Shown here piece by piece: positions 27,950 through 42,719 of a stretch of 64,000 bases of DNA. Both the position numbers and the translations under genes were made by a program. How positions within the stretch are numbered: position 1 is the first letter of the stretch; every line of letters starts with the position of its first letter. Where the stretch lies: contig OZ024764.1 of the NCBI GenBank assembly GCA_964016885.1, forward strand, positions 20,646,001 to 20,710,000. The letters are read 5' to 3'. The notes below the pieces were generated by a model. The model saw only the letters and a list, made by a program, of their open reading frames with translations. It did not search any database and was not told where the DNA came from. The DNA comes from Eledone cirrhosa (Eukaryota).

Positions 27950-29799
27950 AACTAATTAAGGTCATTTAATAAAATATATTGCAGAAAGATTTGTTACTTA
28001 AATTTAGAAATATACAATGTACATACAAATGTTTTAGCAGCATTCATGAATACTAAGTAATAAAGTAGTTTGACAAAAAAGTAAAATTTAACATGTCAAC
28101 ATATACTTGCAGATTGTAACAGCAACAAATATATTGTACACAAATAACAACAGTTGAAAACTGAACATTTGTTTGCTACTATTCAACCATTTTTAGTATT
28201 TTGTCCTGAGGCTTGACACTTCTTTTTGTTGACAATGTTTGGCATGTCTGGCTGAAATGTCTGTACAGTTCCAACTTTGATCAGATGACAAGTGTTGATC
28301 AGTCAGCCTTGTTCTCTGAGAAGTTTTTGTTAATTTCATGAAGGAAAATAACTGTCCACTCACATAGGTAGAACCAAACATTGCCATAATCTTTGTGACA
28401 AACTTTCTGATGTTAATAAACTTTTCAGGAAGGTATGAAAAGAAACCAGGTATCCCCACTACAAGATACTTTGTTCTGAGTGTAGAATCTGACTGCATTT
28501 CCAATAGTTCCATCTGCAGGCATTCTTCTGCCTTCATCAAAGGTGAATGGTGCTGAGAATAATGTAAACTGATGTTCAAAAAATGAGAAATCACAAAATC
28601 TTTCCTGAAATTTCTTTAACAACAATTCCAGGTGACTGTCATACTTAGCTAAGCTAAATACAGACTCAGTATTGGCAGTGTTTTTCAGTTCTTTGCACAT
28701 AGGGAAATGAACTAAATTTTCATCTGACAACGGAGATTTCCATAAGCTTAGTTTTCTAATGAAGCACTTGATGTCATCATTCAACTGATTGATGGGTTTG
28801 TTTTTACCTTGTAATTTCAAGTTAAGATCAGTTAATTGTGCAGTAATATCCACAGCAAAAATCAGGTGTTGGAGCCAACTTTCATCTTTTATTTCATCTG
28901 TGTTTTAACCTTTTATCTCCAAAAACACAATTATTTCTTGTCTCAACAAATAGAATCTTTTCAGCACTTTGTGACATGTCAACCAGCAGACTTCTGTGTA
29001 GAATGGAACATCGGTGAACTGATTATCCATATCTTCTAATAGAAACATGTTCAAACCTTGATGATACAGCCTTTAACTGTTGTTTCAGATCACCTGACAT
29101 TTCATTAATCTGTTCAGCAACAGTGTTCCTGGTTAATGAAATGTCTTTGAATAACTCTGCTTTCTCTGGACAATTTCAGCTGTTTTTACAAGACATTGCT
29201 TTACAAAATCTCCTTCACTGTAAGATTTCCCACTCATGGCAATCATTTGACTGAGTTCATAGCTTGCAGTAACGGAAGTGACATTCTCTTCCTGAATTAA
29301 CATAAAACAGGTCTATTGCTGTGTCAAGTTAGACTTCAATTCCTTGAGTCTTGAAACTCACATTGGGCCTTAATATTTATCGTAAGATCGAGGGTTTGTT
29401 TCATGATGTCTTTTTGAATTGTACTCTTTTGGCCTGGCGATGTAGTTGTTGCAAATTAAACAGTATATCTTTCTGTTCACCATTGGGCAAAAATACTGTA
29501 ATTCCCACTTTTCTTGAAACACTTGCCCTTCTTCGTTCAATTTCCTTTTTCTCTTAGCTGGAGGAGCACTAACCATTTCAAAAACGAAATCTTTTGAAAT
29601 TTTGAAAGAAAGTTTTCTGTTAATGAGCTGCACGTGATTAATGGAAGTTAAAAGTAGTTGACAAAATTTGCAAAAAAAAAATAATTGTATCGAAAATGTT
29701 TTAAATTTTATATTACGAAAATGAAACATGCTCGCACTGTAAAAACCTAAGTGTGGGCCGCAGGTTTGCTTGCCAAGGGCCGCATGTTTGACATGTCTG
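27950..29799 (-). mobile_element. Decayed hAT (Buster/GTF2IRD2-like) transposon, copy 2
   Basis: Homologous to 9000-10838; contains DITAQLTDLNLKLQGKN. Confidence 0.85.
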
Positions 29800-29954
29800 A
29801 TGTAGGTTACCAACACTAGGGAGGGCAGCATGTCCTTCAGTGTGTTCTGCTACATTAACTACCAGGAGGTCACCACATGAGACAAAGACTACATTTCAAA
29901 GAAGGGTCATAAAAGAACTAAATACGAAAGTCCTCACAGCAACAAGCAAATAAT

Positions 29955-30355
29955 TGAGCTTTGGGTCTAGGTCAAGGGGCAGAAGTGCTGCGCCCTGTGG
30001 ATAAGACTGCAAAAGTATTCGCCCCGGGCGATGGACAGTGACACCCACTGCAACAGCCACCCCAACCTCATGGGACTCCCTCTTCAGAAGGGCCACCAAC
30101 GTTCTGATCTTACAGAGGAGCTTGGCAGTACGGGGTCCAAGTACTTCTGAGGTCTCGTTGGTGACCGGTGTGAAGAGACCTACAATTGATGTCATCCCAG
30201 TTATGTTGGACTGTAATATACTGGGGTATAGAGAGGCCTTAACTTGTCTCAGCCGGGCCACCCAGGGTTGTGTCATCTAGGTACTAGACAGGGGTGACTA
30301 GACCATGTTGTCAACTGTCACCACCAATAGGAGTGAGGCGAGTGGGTCCCCTTGC
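29955..30355 (-). mobile_element. Diverged CRE-like RLE fragment, copy 2
   Basis: Homologous to 10990-11395. Confidence 0.55.
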
Positions 30356-30608
30356 GAGACACCATATATAAAAACGTATTTGCTAATTACTTTAATGAAT
30401 AATTTGTTTCATACGTAATTATTACTTTTAACACAATAGGATTTTGTACACGTGTTTGTTTGAAAACATCTTTCAAAGAAGTATGAGACAGTCTTTTGTA
30501 GTGTTTATTATAATAAATTACTGTATGTTGAGCTGTTTTAACTTCTCCACCTTCTATTATTTTATATTGTTGTTGTAAAAAAACGAGATCTTTTTCATAT
30601 ATATATAT

Positions 30609-30820
30609 GAAGGCGTGTGGCTGAGTGGTTAGAGAATTGGATTCGGAATTGTGAGGTTGTGAGTTCGATTCTCAGACTGGGCGATGCGTTATGTCCGTGA
30701 GCAAGACATTTTATTTCACGTTGCTCCTTCTACTTGGAGTTGCCACCGATAGATAGTATTAGCAATTGGAAAGACCAATGGAAACATTGTTTCCTCGGTC
30801 CGATTTGACGAAAAGTAGAT
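30609..30820 (+). mobile_element. tRNA-derived SINE, copy 2
   Basis: Homologous to 11647-11858. Confidence 0.75.
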
Positions 30821-31402
30821 CATAAAAAATATATATAGAGAGAGAGAGAAACACACAAACATACACTACTGTATTACATATGTAAGGGGAGATAACTCTC
30901 GTTACATCCCCCCTTCTTTTTGATATACGTCCTTTAAATACTTAGTTCAATGGGACCTGCTTTATTTTGTGTCCTAAGTAGATTTCTGTTTAAGTATTTA
31001 CGCGATTCACAATGATTCACGTAGAGACCCCAGTTAGTGATGTTTTTGTCTCCCTCCCACATCCTACATGCTGTAGTAAAAGTGAGGGTCACTGCTTCTG
31101 TAGACGAACGAAATAAAAGTTAAACTACCAGTAATTATCGGCAAAGTATTTATTCCAGTCTGTGATGTTTGAGAAGCTGGGCTGCTGACAACGAAGTTGT
31201 GGTCACTGTTGGCAGCTGGCTTTACAGAAGTACCCGATGACTCTTGTGAGGGTACTTAGCTGTTCTGGCAACTTAGCCTCCATATGACCCGATCTTACCG
31301 AGATACCCGGTGATCTCTGTAAGAGTACTTAACTGTCCTATTTTAATTACATTTACTGATTTAAACTTTCATTTTTTATATTACAAACTTTACATAATTT
31401 AA

Positions 31403-31884
31403 GCTGAACACCGATGGCTACATCCACGTTCTGAGCGAGGTAGTAAAGCCCTGGATCGACCAGGTAGCTGCAGGTAGGCTGTACGTGTGGCAGCAAGACC
31501 CAAGCCTTGCTGTCAGAGAACTTCGTCGACCACACTTCACCTGACATCTGGCCTCCCAGCTTGCCTGACTGCAACCCCCTCGACTTCTTTGTGTGGGACG
31601 CAGTGGAACGAGACACCAACAGATGTAGCTGCAATACGAAAGACGATCTGAAGGCCAGCATCACAAGTGATTTAGGGGCCTAAGTCGGGGGACAGTGACG
31701 AAGGCCTGTAGCTGGTTCCGAGGCCGTCATCAAAGCCAATGGCGGGTTTATGGAGTGAGATCGAAAGAACAAGTCATGAAGACAAACTGACAGAAGTTTG
31801 ATAAATATATCTTAAAAAATAAAACTACTGTCTTATTTTTTCCTAGACAGTAATCTTGCGAACAAATATCGTCCGCACCCTGTA
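31403..31884 (+). mobile_element. 3' part of a Tc1/mariner (maT-like) transposon
   Basis: Encodes WPPSLPDCNPLDFFVWDAVE; right end ...ccgcaccctg|TA. Confidence 0.8.
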
Positions 31885-31974
31885 TATATGTGTGTGTGTC
31901 TGTGGCCTTAATACCCTAGTCACAGACACACTCATACACACACACACACACACAAGTAATAATTTCGTTCAACA

Positions 31975-33110
31975 ACATGAGGGTGTGGGGGCATATTGTC
32001 TATATGCTTCAGCTTGTACCCGTGGGGTGGTCGGGTCTTCTGTATTACTGCATGACGCCAGAGGTCACGGTCGTGTGTCATCGCCTTTGAGAGGTGTAAT
32101 TGGGTAAGGTCGGCTTTTATTACCTCATCCCAGGTCTTCTTGGGTCTCCCCACTCCACGGCTTCCATCGACTTCTAGTGCTCTGCACCTTTTTATGCAGC
32201 TGTCATCCTTCATACGCATCACATGTCCATACCAACGCAACCGCCTCTCCTGCACACAGCATTTGATTCCTCTTATGCTCAGTCTCTCTCTCAATTCGTT
32301 TATGCTTTGCCGTTCACGTATATTACTATTACACATCCAACAGAGCATGCAGGCTTCGTTTCTTTCTAATCTACGTAAGTCTTCCACCTTCAGCGCCCAG
32401 GTCTCACTACCATGTAACATTGCTGTTTGTATGCACGTATCATACAGTCATGAACTTTTTCCATCCCATTCTTACCCTAGTTATTGTACTTTCCGAACAC
32501 CCACCTCCGCTCCTAATTCGGTCACCTGGGTAGCAAGAGCTGTCTACTGTTTCTACAGAGCCCTCTCAGAGATTGGTGGTACTTATTTCCTGTGGCTGTT
32601 TGCTGCTTGCTGTCCCAGCACAACTGCTACATGTGAAGCATGCTTCATTCTTAATTAAGCTTCATGAGATCCCGCTACATCTCTTGTGTACCCATTGTTT
32701 GTATTTGGGGCAGAGGATGGAGTTCCTACCTACACCTTTCCCACATACTAAGCAAGGCCATTTCCCTGAGGGGATCTGGGTTCTGCTTTCTCGTCTACTT
32801 ACAAGGACCTTAGTCTTTGTCAGGTTGACTTTGAGTCCCTTTCTTTCTAGTCGCTGCTTCCAAGTTTGGAATTTCTTCTCTAGTTCTACCATAGAGTCAG
32901 CTATAAGTGTGAGGTCATCAGCATACAGGAGTTCCCATGGGCATCCGGTCTTAAACTCCTCCGTTATTGCCTGCAGAACTATGATGAACAGGAGAGGGCT
33001 AAGAACAGAGCCCTGGTGGACACTGACCCGTATGCTAAATTCCTCTCTCTAGTCATTGCTAATGCTAACTCTGCTGACTGCTCCCCTATACATGGCTGGT
33101 ACAGCTTTCA
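31975..33110 (-). mobile_element. RTE LINE 3' fragment with internal deletions
   Basis: MLHGSETWAL..RRLERNEACML, RLRWYGHVMRM, WELLYADD; related to 23087-25145. Confidence 0.88.
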
Positions 33111-33259
33111 CATTTCGGGGTCAACTTCCTTTCAAACTATTATCCCATTATGCCCAGTTTTAGCTGTATTACATTAGAGACACAATCACAGAGTTTTAGG
33201 TTTATAATGTTATAGTATCATGATAGGGTAATACAGTTATTTATAGACCTGTGGTAAAT

Positions 33260-33389
33260 GTTGGTTCAGTACACCCTGGGGGATGTTAGTGTTGGTTCAG
33301 TCCACTCTGGGGGGTGTTAGTGTTGGTTCAGTCCACCCTGGGGGGTGTAAGTGTTGGTTCAGTCTACCCTGAGGGGTGTCAGTGTTGGT
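33260..33389. repeat. About 31-bp tandem repeat, 4 copies
   Basis: Unit gttggttcagtccaccctggggggtgttagt. Confidence 0.85.
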
Positions 33390-33409
33390 CAATGATAACC
33401 TTTATAACT

Positions 33410-33825
33410 TGAGACCTGTTGGTGAGGACAAGCTGGAAGTGGTGACATCTTTCTGCTACCTGTGTGACATGTCAGCTGGAAGTGGAGCCAAGTTCACTGC
33501 CATTGTGCTGTGCCTCTCCACAGGTAACAAGTTTAGGCAGCTTCTCCTAATCCTCAAGACATGCTGGCTACCATTAGTCACCATGGGGCAGATTTATAAC
33601 ACCTGTGGGAGAAGTGTGTTGTTTCATGCCAGCGAGACCTGGGCCATGTTATCTGACTGTCTGAATTGACTCTGAAGAAATAACAGAGCTATGATCCACT
33701 GGATGTCTAGTGTGACCATTGAGGATGATGTCAGCTCAACTGAGCTCCTAAAAAAACTGCTGATCGACAACCTCAAGGATGTGTTTCACAGGAGACACAT
33801 GCACTGGTATGGCCATGTTGTGCAT
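33410..33825 (+). mobile_element. Old RTE fragment
   Basis: LEVVTSFCYL.DM...IYNTC.RSVLFHASETWA. Confidence 0.7.
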
Positions 33826-36285
33826 TCTCTCTCAACTCATCTATGACTGGTCGTTGATGCACATTGACATTGCACATCCAACGGAGCATACTTGCTTCAT
33901 TTTTCTCCAGCCGTTGCATATCCTCTGCAGTTGCTGTCCGTGTCTCACTACCGTGCAGCATCACACATCTCACGCAGGCATCACCAGCCATTCGTTCTTA
34001 GAGAGAAACTCTTCTTTGTCAACAGAGGAAGCAGCCCCCTAAACTTCTTCCAACCCGTCCTTATTCTAGATACTATGGCATCTGGGCACCCTCCTCCCAT
34101 GCTAATTTGATCACCTAGGTATCGGAAGCTATCAACCACTTCTATAGAACCTATCTGCATTGGAAAAAATGTGTCTATCACTGCGACTTCTACTGTCAAA
34201 TTTCCCTGTATGTAGTTTTCCCTACCTGTTAGTTTGCCTGCTATCCCACTACATTTCTTGTGTACCCAAAATCTGCATTGTGTACATTATAGAATTTATG
34301 CCAGTTCCTTTTCTACATATTAAACAAGGCCATTTCCCTGATGGAATGACAGTTTTGTCCTCTTTTCTACTTCCCATGGGCACCTAGTCTTAAACTCCTC
34401 TGTTATGACTTGGAGGACTATAATGAACAAGAGCGGGCTGAGGACCGAACCCTGATGTACTCCTGCATCTGTAATTCCTCACTAAACTCCATGCCTACCC
34501 TCACTTTACTGACAGCACCTCTGTACATAGCTTGCACTGTCTTCACAAACTATTCCTCTACACCTAGTTTCCTTAGGGACCACCAGATGACAGATTGGGG
34601 TACTCTATCAAAGGCCTTCTCTAGGTCAACAAAAACTAAGTATAGTGGTTTTCTTCTCTAAGAACCTCTCTTGTAGTTGTCTCACTAAGAAGAGGGCATC
34701 TGTTTGACTCTTTCTCTAAGTTGCGCTAGTATTCTTTCTGTCACTTTCATAACCTGATCCATCAGTTTTATACCCCTATAATTACTCCCCTCCAGAACAT
34801 ACCCTTTACCTTTACCTCAAATTATGAGAATACTGCTGCACCAGTCTTTGGGTATGACATCACCATATATAGATTGATTTATGATGCATGCAACCAGTTT
34901 AATTCCTACTTCTCTTGATGCCTTCAGCATCTCAGCAACTATCACCAACAGTCCAGCGGACTTACCATTTTTCATTTCCTTAATTGCCTCTTGCACCCTA
35001 TAGTCGTCAATCTCAATAGCTGGTCCTTCTGTCGGGTCTACTGAAGGTAGCTCCCCTCCTATTCATTCTCCACATTCATCAGTCTCTCATAATGACATTT
35101 CCAGGCCTCCTTTTTTTTGAGAATCAGTGACACTAAGTGCACCAACATCCTGATTTACACTGACACACTGCCTTGCAATGCGGAACACTGCACTTCTCTG
35201 ATCTCCCCATCGCAGGACATTGGCAAACCTTCTACTCTCAGCCTCCCTGCATGTTAAGTAAACATGACATCTAGCTTCTCTCTTAGTGGCTGTGAATCGG
35301 TCTCTACCCCTACCATTTTTCCAAGCCTTTTGCCTCTAATGGCTCTATCTACCATGCTGTTCCACCACCAGGTCACCCTCTGTCTGGTTGGAGCTCTGCT
35401 CCAGCCACAAGTTTCTTCAGTAACATGCAGTAAGTTGTCACGTAAGAAATTCCAGTTATCGTCCATGTCATAGGACTCTAAATCGTCTTCTTTTTCGTCA
35501 TACACATCTTGAAGGGCTTCCCTAATTTATATTTTAGTGAAAGGTCTTTTAGTTTCCAGACCTTCCTTTTTCACACTTTCTTGTATGTCTCTCTTTGTCT
35601 CTTGCTTACTGAGATGTCACTAACAACTAACCTATGTTGGGGGGTTACATTGTTCCCTGGGGTATGCCTTAGTATTTGACACCATCTATCTCTCTTCCTG
35701 CCTAACTAGCAAGAAGTCAATCTGTTTCAGGTGTTCACCTAATTGGTAGGTTATTAGGTGGTTGGTAGGTTTCTTGAAGTGTTGCAAATGGTTAGTTCAC
35801 TTGCATCACAAAATACAAGAAGCCACACTCCTTCTTCATTTCTTGAGCCATAACCATGACCACCATGTACCCCAGTGTATCCATCCTGCAGCTGTCCAAC
35901 ATGACCATTGAAGTCCCCTGCTATTATAACTAGGTCTCTGTCATTGTGGTTATCTCTACTTATTCCTTTTCTACATATGGAGCAGGGCCACTTTCCTGAA
36001 GGGGTCAGGGTCTTCTCTCCTATCCATTAGCACTTTAGTTTTGGCTAAGTATATTCTCAGAACTTATCATTTCAAATTCTATATCTATAGTTGGTCATCT
36101 ACATAGAGAAGTTTCCATAGACAGCCAGTCTTAAACCTCTCTGTTATGGCTTGGAGAACTATGATGAACAACAGTGGGCTAAGAACTAAACCATGATGAA
36201 CTCCTACCTGTACCTTCAATTCCTCACTAAACACACTTTACTGACAGCTTCTCACAAACCATTCTTCTACACCTAATTTCTTTAA
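33826..36285 (-). mobile_element. Long decayed RTE LINE (endonuclease end, tether, RT, C-terminus), continuous with the fragment shared by all units
   Basis: VTWWWN, LEKAFDRVP, EVVDSFRYLGDQI and MLHGSET motifs; 35650-36285 matches 2644-3275. Confidence 0.82.
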
Positions 36286-36495
36286 CCCTTTAGTATATAA
36301 ACTGGCCATATCTGGCCAGAATTCTCCCCCATCTTTCTGTTCAAACTGGCCGTAACTGGTCATTTATACTTATGTTAAGGTATTGTTCTCAAAATAAATA
36401 ACATGAAAATCTCATAGATTTGATATTATGTGAGATAAAGCATTTACTGTGAAAATATAATAGTAAATATAGAGTAATGTGAATACTAAAGTGTT

Positions 36496-37640
36496 AATCT
36501 AATGTCACTAATAACTACTTTTATCAGTCAGTATAATCTAAAGTCACTAATAACTACTTTTATCAGTCAGTATAATCTAATGTCACTAATAACTACTTTT
36601 ATCAGTCAGTTTAATCTAAAGTCACTAATAACTACTTTTATCAGTCAGTTTAATCTAAAGTCACTAATAACTACTTTTATCAGTCAGTATAATCTAAAGT
36701 CACTAATAACTACTTTTATCAGTCAGTATAATCTAAAGTCACTAATAACTACTTTTATCAGTCAGTATAATCTAATGTCACTAATAACTACTTTTATCAG
36801 TCAGTATAATCTAATGCCACTAATAAATACTTTTATCAGTCAGTTTAATCTAATGTCACTAATAACTACTTTTATCAGTCAGTATAATCTAATGCCACTA
36901 ATAAATACTTTTATCAGTCAGTTTAATCTAATGTCACTAATAACTACTTTTATCTGTCAGTATAATCTAATGTCACTAATAACTACTTTTATCAGTCAGT
37001 ATAATCTAATGTAATAACTACTTTTATCAGTCAGTATAATCTAATGTCACTAATAACTACTTTTATCAGTCAGTATAATCTAAAGTCACTAATAACTACT
37101 TTTATCAGTCAGTATAATCTAAAGTCACTAATAACTACTTTTATCAGTCAGTATAATCTAATGTCACTAATAACTACTTTTATCAGTCAGTATAATCTAA
37201 TGCCACTAATAAATACTTTTATCAGTCAGTATAATCTAATGCCACTAATAAATACTTTTATCAGTCAGTTTAATCTAATGTCACTAATAACTACTTTCAT
37301 CAGTCAGTATAATCTAATGTCACTAATAACTACTTTTATCTGTCAGTATAATCTAATGTCACTAATAACTACTTTTATCAGTCAGTATAATCTAATGTAA
37401 TAACTACTTTTATCAGTCAGTATAATCTAATGTCACTAATAACTACTTTTATCAGTCAGTATAATCTAATGTCACTAATAACTACTTTTATCAGTCAGTA
37501 TAATCTAATGTCACTAATAACTACTTTTATCTGTCAGTATAATCTAATGTCACTAATAACTACTTTTATCTGTCAGTATAATCTAATGTCACTAATAACT
37601 ACTTTTATCAGTCAGTATAATCTACTACCACTAATAACTA
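36496..37640. repeat. 39-bp minisatellite, about 30 copies
   Basis: Same unit, with aagtca, atgcca..aat and 34-bp variants. Confidence 0.97.
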
Positions 37641-38602
37641 ACCTATGTTAGTCAGCACATTCTTCACCAAGGAAGGCCTTAGTATTTATTACAGTCCATT
37701 TATCAATATAGAAATATTATATGAAATTTGTACTGATGTATTACAAGTTTCTGAGTATCTTATAATGTTCTTTTATTATTTCAGAATACCAGAGGACATT
37801 GGCATTAAAGAGCACGTTACATCAGACATATCCTCAACATTAACCATTTCTAATGAAAGACACTACCCATCATTTTCAAATAATTTTGAAAACACTCAAC
37901 ACTTTGAAGGCATTTAGTAATATAACTAAATTTCTCAGTATTAAGCTGCTATTTGGAACATAACTTTGCACAATTTCATGAAGTTATAATGGAAAGTTTT
38001 TAGATACATATAAAGACTGATATGAAAAGGATAAAACACTTTTATATCAGTTGTTTCATCAACACCATTATTTAAAGACTAAAGGAAGCTGTTATACAGA
38101 ACAGATACAACATTGTTTATATAAATCTATGGGAGAAATACTGGAAAATATTTCTTGTAAACTCAATAACACTTCTATTCTTTGCTGTCTAGAATATGTA
38201 GAAGATACAAAATAAAGCTGAAGAAATTCACAAATGATTTTGTAAGATCTTCATATATTGACAAAGATGATAGTAGATGGAACTACAGGAGTAGAAATAT
38301 TTCCATTATTACAGGAATAACTAATCAAATAAAAACCAGAAAAATTAGATTCTTCGTTTTCTGGAATTTGTACAAAATGGTTTCATATGTATATTAAACT
38401 TGAAGCGATCTACAAAACAGTTTGTATCATCTTTAAATATAAAGAAAGACCAAAGTTGATGTAAATATATCTGGAGGAATATGTTTTAGGAATAATATTA
38501 TAAACATAAAGAAGAAAAATATCCATATATTGACAGAAGAAAAATATTAAAACTGTGAATTATGTGTGAAACTGAGGTCATTGATATCTTTTAGTAGGAG
38601 TT

Positions 38603-40054
38603 ATGTCGAAAAATATAGTAAAATCACCATTCCACTGTGATATCTGTGGCAAATCATTCTCTCGTAGTAATCAGCTAACTACTCACAAACGTATTCATAC
38701 AGGAGAGAAGCCTTATAAGTGTGATATCTGTAACAAATCATTCAGTCACAGTAGTAGCGTCAGAGTTCACAAACAAATTCATACAGGAGAGAAGCCATAT
38801 CACTGTGACATCTGCGGTAATTCATTCTCTCAGAGTAATCACCTAACTACTCACAAATATATTCATACAGGAGAGAAACCATATCATTGTGACATCTGTG
38901 GTAAATCATTCTCTCATAGTCATCACCTAACTACTCACAAACATATTCATACAGGAGAGAAACCATATCACTGTGACATCTGTGGTAAATCATTCTCTCA
39001 GAGTCATCACCTAACTACTCACAAACGTATTCATACAGGAGAGAAACCATATCATTGTGACATCTGTGGTAAATCATTCTCTCATAGTAATCACCTAACT
39101 ACTCACAAACGTATTCATACAGGAGAGAAGCCTTATAAGTGTGATATCTGTAACAAATCATTCAGTCACAGTAGTAGCGTCAGAGTTCACAAACAAATTC
39201 ATACAGGAGAGAAGCCATATCACTGTGACATCTGCGGTAAATCATTCTCTGACAGAAGTAGCTTTGTTAAACACCATCGTATTCATACAGGAGAGAAACC
39301 ATATCACTGTGACATCTGTAGTAAATCATTCTCCTACAGAAGTAGCTTTGTTAAACACCATCGTATTCATACAGGAGAGAAGCCATATCACTGTGACATC
39401 TGTGGTAAATCATTCTCTCAGAGTCATCACCTAACTACTCACAAACGTATTCATACAGGAGAGAAGCCATATCATTGTGACATCTGTGGTAAATCATTTT
39501 CTCGTAGTCACCTAACTACTCACAAACATATTCATACAGGAGAGAAGCCATATCACTGTGAAATCTGTGGTAAATCATTCTCTCATAGTAAAACCTTAAC
39601 TACCCACAAATGTACTCATACAGGAGGGAGGCCATATCACTGTGATATCTGTGATAAATCATTCTCTCAGCATAAAACCTTAACTATCCACAAACGTACT
39701 CATACAGGAGAGAAGCCATATCACTGTGACATCTGTGGTAAATCATTCTCTCATAGTAATACCTTAGCTATCCACAAACGTACTCATACAGGAGAGAAGC
39801 CATATCATTGTGACATCTGTGGTAAATCATTCGCTGACAGAACTAGCTTAGCTACCCACAAACGTACTCATACAGGAGAGAAGCCATATCACTGTGACAT
39901 CTGTGGTAAATCATTCTCTCATAGTAATACCTTAGCTACCCACAAACGTACTCATACAGGCGAGAAGCCATATCCCTGTGACATCTGTGGTAAATCATTC
40001 AGTCACCGTAGTAACTTAACTACCCACAAACGTACTCATACAGGAGTACTCTGA
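38603..40054 (+). CDS. Poly-C2H2 zinc-finger protein ZNF3 (17 fingers, finger 11 one residue short)
   Basis: Intact ORF; acceptor at 37784; no promoter/exon-1 copy upstream within its unit. Confidence 0.85.
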   Translation: MSKNIVKSPFHCDICGKSFSRSNQLTTHKRIHTGEKPYKCDICNKSFSHSSSVRVHKQIHTGEKPYHCDICGNSFSQSNHLTTHKYIHTGEKPYHCDICGKSFSHSHHLTTHKHIHTGEKPYHCDICGKSFSQSHHLTTHKRIHTGEKPYHCDICGKSFSHSNHLTTHKRIHTGEKPYKCDICNKSFSHSSSVRVHKQIHTGEKPYHCDICGKSFSDRSSFVKHHRIHTGEKPYHCDICSKSFSYRSSFVKHHRIHTGEKPYHCDICGKSFSQSHHLTTHKRIHTGEKPYHCDICGKSFSRSHLTTHKHIHTGEKPYHCEICGKSFSHSKTLTTHKCTHTGGRPYHCDICDKSFSQHKTLTIHKRTHTGEKPYHCDICGKSFSHSNTLAIHKRTHTGEKPYHCDICGKSFADRTSLATHKRTHTGEKPYHCDICGKSFSHSNTLATHKRTHTGEKPYPCDICGKSFSHRSNLTTHKRTHTGVL

Positions 40055-41290
40055 CAGTAGTACCTTAACCAAGCATGTGTGTATTCATACAGAAGTTTAG
40101 CTGTATCAATATCAAACTCATTACATCATACTACAACAACAACAACAATTGTGTAGATCCATCATCCTGGCTAAAACTGGGGTTAACCTTGTAGGTTTTA
40201 CCTAGGACAGGGATCATAAACACCAGGTTTCCATTTTTGAAGTAGTGTTTGAAGATTTTGTGTAAATTAAAGTTTTTCACATTAAACTTTGATTTATTAT
40301 ACTTTAACAGGTAAGATATATATTTGTATTTTTAGTAAAGTTGGGAACTTCTGTAATTTAAACCTGCCAATAAAATGAAAACTTTTGTTGTTGCTAGTCA
40401 GACATTGATATTAATTCTATTGTCCTGTACATATATCACAGATTAAACAGATTTTAACAATAACAACAGAAATCAATAACTTGTAAGCCTAATATCTAGC
40501 TTCCATTTCAACTATTTGATATTGTTGTTCCTCTCCTGTCTCTTCAGGTGTTTTAGATTTCAACTTCTATCTACTGTACTATTCCATCACCAAGGCAACA
40601 TTCATCTTGCTGGCAGCTTACATCAACTACAGATCTCATCAGTGGTTCACAACAGGCTGTCTGAAAGAAACTTGCAGATATCTTCTATGTCATAGCTATC
40701 AATCTCCTCCTCCTTATCATATGTACCACTCTCACAGTCCCTCTAGATCTTATATTTAACAGGGAGATCTTTTACTCTCCAACCCTTCTATCTCCAGATA
40801 GTCTTGTATCTGTCAGTCCCTCTAGATCTTACACCTAGTATCTAGTCTATGTTGAGTGGTACGTCCTTCTCCAGTAAAGGAGTTAATATTCCCAACCATC
40901 TGTCTATCCTGTTTTCTGATGAGAATGAAGTCAATCTAGTTTATCTCTTCACCTGATTGAAGTAACTAGATCAAGTAACTAGATGGTTTCCTGTAAGTTA
41001 GTGTTGCAGTGTTTGTGTCACCATGTAAGGTTTATATCTATTTTATATAGAGATGTAGTAAAGTTTTCACTGTTGTATCTCTATTTTCTAAATATCTTAA
41101 TGTTTCTCTACTATTTCGGAATATCACATGACCTTGACAGAAAAGAGTCTTTTAAAGACAACAGAAAGATGTTACATACAAGTGATATAAACTTGTTTAG
41201 TCTGTGGTGAATTATGGTGAAATATTTCTTCTGAATTGTGATAAATAACAACATTTTCCTTTTTCACTGTCTGGAATATTTACAAGATGA

Positions 41291-42078
<788 letters not shown>

Positions 42079-42719
42079 CTGTGTCAATATGAAACTCATT
42101 ACATCATACTACAACAAATGTGTAGATCCATCATCCTTGCTAAAACTGGGGATAACCTTGTAGGTTTTACCTATGACAGGGACCATAAACACCAGGTTTC
42201 CATTTTTGAAGTAGTGTTTGAAGATTTTGTGTAAATTGAAGTTTTTCACATTAAACTTTGATTTATTATACTTTCACAGGTAAGATATATATTTGTATTT
42301 TTAGTAAAGGTTGGGAACTTCTGTAATTTAAACCTGCCAATAAAATGAAAACTTTTGTTGTTGCTAGTCAGACATTGATATTAATTCTATTGTCCTGTAC
42401 ATTGTCTCAAATATCACAGATTAAACAGATTTTAACAATATCAACAGAAATCAATAACTTGTAAGCCTAATATTTAGCTTCCATTTTAACTATTTGATAT
42501 TGTTGTTCCCCTCCTGTCTCTTCAGGTCTTTTAGATTTCAACTTCTATCTACTGTACTATTCCATCACCAAGGCAACATTCATCTGGCTGGCAGCTTACA
42601 TCAGCTACAGATCTCATCAGTGGTTCACAACAGGCTGTCTGAAAGAAACTTCCAGATATCTTCTATGTCATAGCTATCAATCTCCTCCTCCTTATCATAT
42701 TTATCATGTAGAACATCTC

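Noticed and set aside
36496-37640. Minisatellites as CRISPR-like arrays
   Set aside because: Head-to-tail repeats with no unique spacers, eukaryotic context and no cas genes.
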